This document shows positions 60,112 through 64,000 of a DNA stretch of 64,000 bases, piece by piece (the stretch's first letter is position 1; every line of letters begins with the position of its first letter). The stretch comes from Syntrophus sp. (in: bacteria) (GTDB lineage Bacteria > Desulfobacterota > Syntrophia > Syntrophales > UBA8958). The notes beneath the pieces are model-generated. The model did not search any database, was not told the origin of the DNA, and saw only the letters and a program-made list of their open reading frames with translations. The DNA is taken from positions 2,680-66,679 of the forward strand of contig JANXZC010000079.1 in NCBI GenBank assembly GCA_025355725.1, in the 5' to 3' direction. The position numbers and the translations under genes were made by a program.

Positions 60112-61593
60112 ATGGCACTGCGAGTTTATAATACCCTCACAAGGCAAAAAGAGGCATTCCAGCCTATCGAACCCGGAAAGATCGGCATCTACGCCTGCGG
60201 GATTACGGTCTATGATCTCTGCCATATAGGTCACGCCCGTTCGGCGATCGTCTTTGATGTCATCAGCAAGTATCTGCAATACCTCGGTTTTGAAGTTACC
60301 TTCATCAAGAATTTCACAGATGTTGACGATAAGATTATCGACCGTGCCCATGCGGAAGGGTGTGACATCAAGGGTATTACTGAAAAATATATTGAGGCTC
60401 ACAATCGGGACATGGATGCCCTGGGTGTGGCCAGGCCCACCATCGCACCCCGGGCAACGGAGAATATTGAAGGTATGATCCGGCTGATCACAACCCTTTT
60501 TGAAAAGGGGCTAGCCTATGATGCTGATGGCGATGTATATTACGCCGTCGAGAAATTTAAGGGATACGGAAAATTATCGGGGAGAAACCTGGAAGACATG
60601 CTGGCCGGCGCCCGCGTCGACATAAACGAAAAAAAACGCAATCCCATGGATTTTGCCCTCTGGAAAGCAAGCAAGGAGGGGGAGCCCTGGTGGGACAGCC
60701 CCTGGGGAAAGGGCCGTCCGGGGTGGCATATCGAGTGTTCCGTCATGAGTCAGCGTTATCTGGGCGATACTTTCGATATCCATGGCGGGGGCGAAGATCT
60801 CATTTTTCCTCATCATGAAAACGAGATTGCCCAGTCTGAGGGGGCTACGGGCAAACCACTGGCCCGATACTGGCTACACAACGGCTTTGTCCGGGTGAAC
60901 AGCGAAAAGATGTCCAAGTCCCTGGGTAATTTCTCTACCATCCAGGACATGCTCCTTAGCTACCATCCCGAGGTGCTGAGGCTTTTTGTCCTCCAGAGCC
61001 ACTACCGCAGTCCCGTGGACTTTTCTGAGGGATCGCTGCGTGACGCCAGAACGGGAATGGACCGTTTCTATACCGCCCTCAAAACCATGAAGGACACTCT
61101 TGCCAGCCACGGGGGGGCTATCAATGAGGGGAAAGATCCCTTGACGGAAGAACACCGTCAGGTTTTTGAAAAGATCATGACCCTTCCCGAACGCTTTGCC
61201 GAGGCCATGGAAGATGATTTTAACACGGCCAAAGCGATCGGACACCTATATGACGCTGTTCGTATTCTCAACAGTTTCATGGCGGAGTGGAAAAACAAAC
61301 CGGCCTCCGAGACGGTCTATGTCCTTGTCCGGTCCCGGGAAATCCTGCTGCGCACCGGCGCCGTCCTGGGGTTGTTTCTTGATGACCCGGATCATTATTT
61401 CGATGCCGACAGGAACCGGGAAGTACGTAAAAAAGGTCTGAATGTCGAGGAAATCGAAGGTCTCGTAGAAGCGCGCCGTCTGGCCAGGGCTCAGAAGGAC
61501 TGGAAGAAGGCTGATGAGATCCGACAGGCCCTTGTGGAAAAAAGGGTTAGTCTCAAAGATACATCCGACCGGACTGTATGGAAAATCGAATAA
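60112..61593 (+). CDS. cysS: Cysteinyl-tRNA synthetase (canonical)
   Basis: CGITVYDLCHIGH (HIGH), GWHIEC, FPHHENEIAQS, KMSKSLGN and the C-terminal anticodon-binding region. Confidence 0.95.
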   Translation: MALRVYNTLTRQKEAFQPIEPGKIGIYACGITVYDLCHIGHARSAIVFDVISKYLQYLGFEVTFIKNFTDVDDKIIDRAHAEGCDIKGITEKYIEAHNRDMDALGVARPTIAPRATENIEGMIRLITTLFEKGLAYDADGDVYYAVEKFKGYGKLSGRNLEDMLAGARVDINEKKRNPMDFALWKASKEGEPWWDSPWGKGRPGWHIECSVMSQRYLGDTFDIHGGGEDLIFPHHENEIAQSEGATGKPLARYWLHNGFVRVNSEKMSKSLGNFSTIQDMLLSYHPEVLRLFVLQSHYRSPVDFSEGSLRDARTGMDRFYTALKTMKDTLASHGGAINEGKDPLTEEHRQVFEKIMTLPERFAEAMEDDFNTAKAIGHLYDAVRILNSFMAEWKNKPASETVYVLVRSREILLRTGAVLGLFLDDPDHYFDADRNREVRKKGLNVEEIEGLVEARRLARAQKDWKKADEIRQALVEKRVSLKDTSDRTVWKIE

Positions 61594-62009
61594 CTGCCCG
61601 AGAGATTCATCGCCCCGATCCCAAATGGCGGCCCCAGGGGTCTTTCCAAATCCGTCAATCCAAACTGTTGCAGATTGTTTAATCTCTTGCCTGCGCCATG
61701 TTGAATCCGGTGGCGCAAGTAGTGGGTGGATGCTTTTTATGCAAATGGATACCCGGCCTGGATACTTATTATCCGCTTTGCCTTGGTCAATATAGGCAAA
61801 GGCACAGGCGCTTAGTACTGATAATGATGAATAATAAGTCAAAACAATTACATATGCTTTACATTTGAATTATGGCGCGACCATTGCTTGCCAACAGGTA
61901 CAAAGTAATCAGTAATAATAAAGAGCTGAATGTATTTCAACCCCCTTTGCGGTGTAAAATCCTATGATCGTAAGTTAAAGTATCTTGTATTGCTGGTGAA
62001 GGAAATCTG

Positions 62010-63314
62010 ATGAGGAAAGAATTTGTCACGGTCTTGGTGCTCTTAATTTTCCTTTTTTTCCCCTTGTTGGTGCAGGGGCAGGAAGAGGTCATAATAAAAG
62101 GCGAGGTCCTGGATTTGCAAAGATGTATCCGGATCGGTCTGGCCAGGCACCCTGCCGTTCTTTCCGCTGCCGGCACCGTCAGAGTCAACGAAAGTCGCGT
62201 TGGTCAGGCCCGCTCCGGATATTTCCCCCAGGTGGGGATATCATCAAGCTATTCCCGGACGGACCCCTATACGGTTCCCGCCGGTACGGTTGCTCAAGAG
62301 GCGGGCAGTATCTACAACCAGTATGGCACAACCGTTACCTTGAACCAGAATATCTACGATTTCGGCAAGACGGCGGCCCAAGTGGAGGTTCAGAAGCTCA
62401 ATGCCGGTTCGTCGCGCCTGGATCTGGATGCGGTCCAGAAGCAGATTGTCTTTAACGTCAAGCAGGCGTACTTAAATCTTCTCAAATCCCAGAAAAATAT
62501 GGAAGTAGCACTGGAAAAGGTGCAGCAGTTCCATAAGCATCTTGACCAGGCAAAGGGTTTTTTTGAGGTCGGAGTGAAACCCAAGTTCGACGTGACCAAA
62601 GCAGAGGTGGACCTGAGCAATGCCCGCCTGGATCTCCTCAAGGCGGAAAACGCCCTGCGGATTACCCGCTCGACCTTGAACAATGCCATGGGATACCCTG
62701 ATGCCCCGGAATACGACACCAGCCGCGGAGATTTTATACCCCAGCCCTATGGGATAATTTTTGAAGAGGCTCTCCAGAAAGCCTACCAGGATCGGCCGGA
62801 GCTGAAATCACTGGCGACGAAAAAACAGGCACAGGAGAAGACAATTGAACTAGCCAAGAAGAATTACTATCCCAATGTGACCGGCACGGCCGGTTACGGC
62901 TGGGGGGGGCAGAGTTTCCCCTGGGATGAGGGCTGGAACTTCGGCGCCACGCTGAACATTCCCATCTTCAGCGGTCTGTCCACAAAATATCAGGTTGATG
63001 AGGCCCGGGCTAGTCTCGAGGTCATCAAGGCCAATGAAAAGACCCTTCGCCAGGACATTTACCTCGAGCTGCAGCAGGCCTATTCCAATCTCCGGGAGGC
63101 TACGGACCGGATAACGACCACCGAGTTGGCGGTCAGGCAGGCAGCGGAAAATATGGAGTTGGCTAATGGTCGTTATGCCTCCGGGGTGGGCAGTCCCATC
63201 GAGATTACCGACGCCCTGGTGGCGTACAGCAATGCCCAGACTGCCCAGGCAGCGGCTATTTATGATCACAAAATCGCGCAGGCCAGTATTGAAAAGTCAA
63301 TAGGTCTTCCATGA
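62010..63314 (+). CDS. TolC-family outer-membrane efflux channel
   Basis: Signal peptide MRKEFVTVLVLLIFLFFPLLVQG, two OEP repeats and coiled-coil-rich sequence. Confidence 0.85.
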   Translation: MRKEFVTVLVLLIFLFFPLLVQGQEEVIIKGEVLDLQRCIRIGLARHPAVLSAAGTVRVNESRVGQARSGYFPQVGISSSYSRTDPYTVPAGTVAQEAGSIYNQYGTTVTLNQNIYDFGKTAAQVEVQKLNAGSSRLDLDAVQKQIVFNVKQAYLNLLKSQKNMEVALEKVQQFHKHLDQAKGFFEVGVKPKFDVTKAEVDLSNARLDLLKAENALRITRSTLNNAMGYPDAPEYDTSRGDFIPQPYGIIFEEALQKAYQDRPELKSLATKKQAQEKTIELAKKNYYPNVTGTAGYGWGGQSFPWDEGWNFGATLNIPIFSGLSTKYQVDEARASLEVIKANEKTLRQDIYLELQQAYSNLREATDRITTTELAVRQAAENMELANGRYASGVGSPIEITDALVAYSNAQTAQAAAIYDHKIAQASIEKSIGLP

Positions 63315-63359
63315 GGAATAATTTGTGATCAAAAGAATGCACCGGAGCGAGGAGTTGAA

Positions 63360-64000
63360 ATGAACCAGACTCAAAATATTGAAAACAATCAACAAACAAG
63401 CACAAAGCGCGATCATCTGTTTTCCCGTATGATCCGCCGCCGGTGGATCTGGCTCGTCATCATTATCTGTTTAGCTGCCGCTGCCTATAAGATCTTTCTT
63501 ATGCAAACAGCCGCACAAGTAGGAGCCCGAAACAAGGCCAAGAATGAGGCCCAGCGTCCCCTCCCAGTGACAGCGGTGGCGGCTAAAAAAGCCAGTATCG
63601 ATGTCTACTTGAATGGGCTTGGTACGGTGATACCCGTGCAAACCGTCACGGTACGGTCTCAGGTTAGCGGGCAGCTCTTACGGGTGCATTTCAAAGAGGG
63701 ACAGATCGTGAAGAAAGGGGATCTTCTGGCAGAAATAGATCCCCGCCCCTTTCAGGTCCAGCTCATGCAGGCTGAGGGGCAGCTTGCGCGCGATGAAGCG
63801 TTATTGAAGAATGCTGAGGGCGACCTAGCACGATACAGGCAACTGCTTGCCCAGGACTCGATTGCCGAACAGCAGGTCACGACTCAGGATTCGCTGGTGC
63901 AGCAATATCGGGGCGCCGTAAAAACAGATCGGGGACAGATCGCCAATGCGAATCTTCAGATCACCTACTCGCGTATCACTTCGTCGTTATCGGGCCGTGT
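63360..64000 (+). CDS. RND efflux periplasmic adaptor (MdtA/AcrA family), 3' end cut by the window edge
   Basis: Not in the ORF track because it runs off the end. My translation from ATG 63360 (RBS GAGGAG) is MNQTQN...RRRWIWLVIIICLAAAAYKIF...VSGQLLRVHFKEGQIVKKGDLLAEIDPRPFQVQLMQAEGQLARDEALL...ANLQITYSRITS. Confidence 0.8.
   Translation, partial: MNQTQNIENNQQTSTKRDHLFSRMIRRRWIWLVIIICLAAAAYKIFLMQTAAQVGARNKAKNEAQRPLPVTAVAAKKASIDVYLNGLGTVIPVQTVTVRSQVSGQLLRVHFKEGQIVKKGDLLAEIDPRPFQVQLMQAEGQLARDEALLKNAEGDLARYRQLLAQDSIAEQQVTTQDSLVQQYRGAVKTDRGQIANANLQITYSRITSSLSGR

Noticed and set aside
61594-62009. The 416-nt, partly AT-rich spacer between cysS and the TolC-family gene was examined for a small RNA, a regulator ORF or operator palindromes.
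   Set aside because: I could defend no convincing ORF, hairpin-terminator pair or extended palindrome. It probably holds the efflux operon promoter/operator, but I cannot place it.

Overview
64 kb bacterial chromosomal window. Gene order and protein sequences suggest a Deltaproteobacteria/Syntrophia-like anaerobe, but that is inference only. Contents in order:
(1) nt 1-4.9 kb is an accessory-looking edge. It holds a 5'-truncated Eco57I/type IIG-like N6-adenine DNA methyltransferase, a Fic-family C-terminal remnant fused in frame to an intact dinD, and a BASS-type transporter.
(2) nt 5.0-14.2 kb is a divergent, translationally coupled envelope-lipid / type II PKS-like module. The minus strand carries an active ketosynthase, a catalytically dead ketosynthase partner, an adenylating ligase and two paralogous lipoproteins. 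The plus strand carries an MMPL/RND-type exporter fused to a methyltransferase, plus an LpxL-type acyltransferase. No ACP, ketoreductase or dehydratase is present. This is my best candidate for an undescribed system.
(3) nt 14.3-14.8 kb has a near-consensus sigma-54 promoter driving a secreted Ala/Lys/Asp (ADKK) repeat protein.
(4) nt 15-22 kb is housekeeping: hldA, DUF4416, yicC, gmk, rpoZ, pyrF, rlmB, an orphan pilC, tRNA-Pro and DUF1178.
(5) nt 22.0-24.3 kb is one ORF fusing a cysteine synthase to a complete but motif-divergent cysteinyl-tRNA synthetase. A canonical cysS lies at 60.1 kb.
(6) nt 24.4-53.6 kb starts with a tRNA Thr-Tyr-Gly-Thr block, rpmG and tRNA-Trp. It continues with secE-nusG-rplKAJL-rpoBC, rpsL-rpsG-tuf (no fusA), then the S10, spc and alpha ribosomal clusters.
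(7) nt 53.7-64 kb holds an EF-Tu-domain-II-like mini protein, folC, lptD, rplM-rpsI, argC, cysS and the start of a TolC/MdtA-type efflux operon.
No CRISPR array, rRNA gene, transposase or prophage gene was seen. Calls rest on reading the supplied translations and the DNA by eye; no database search was possible.
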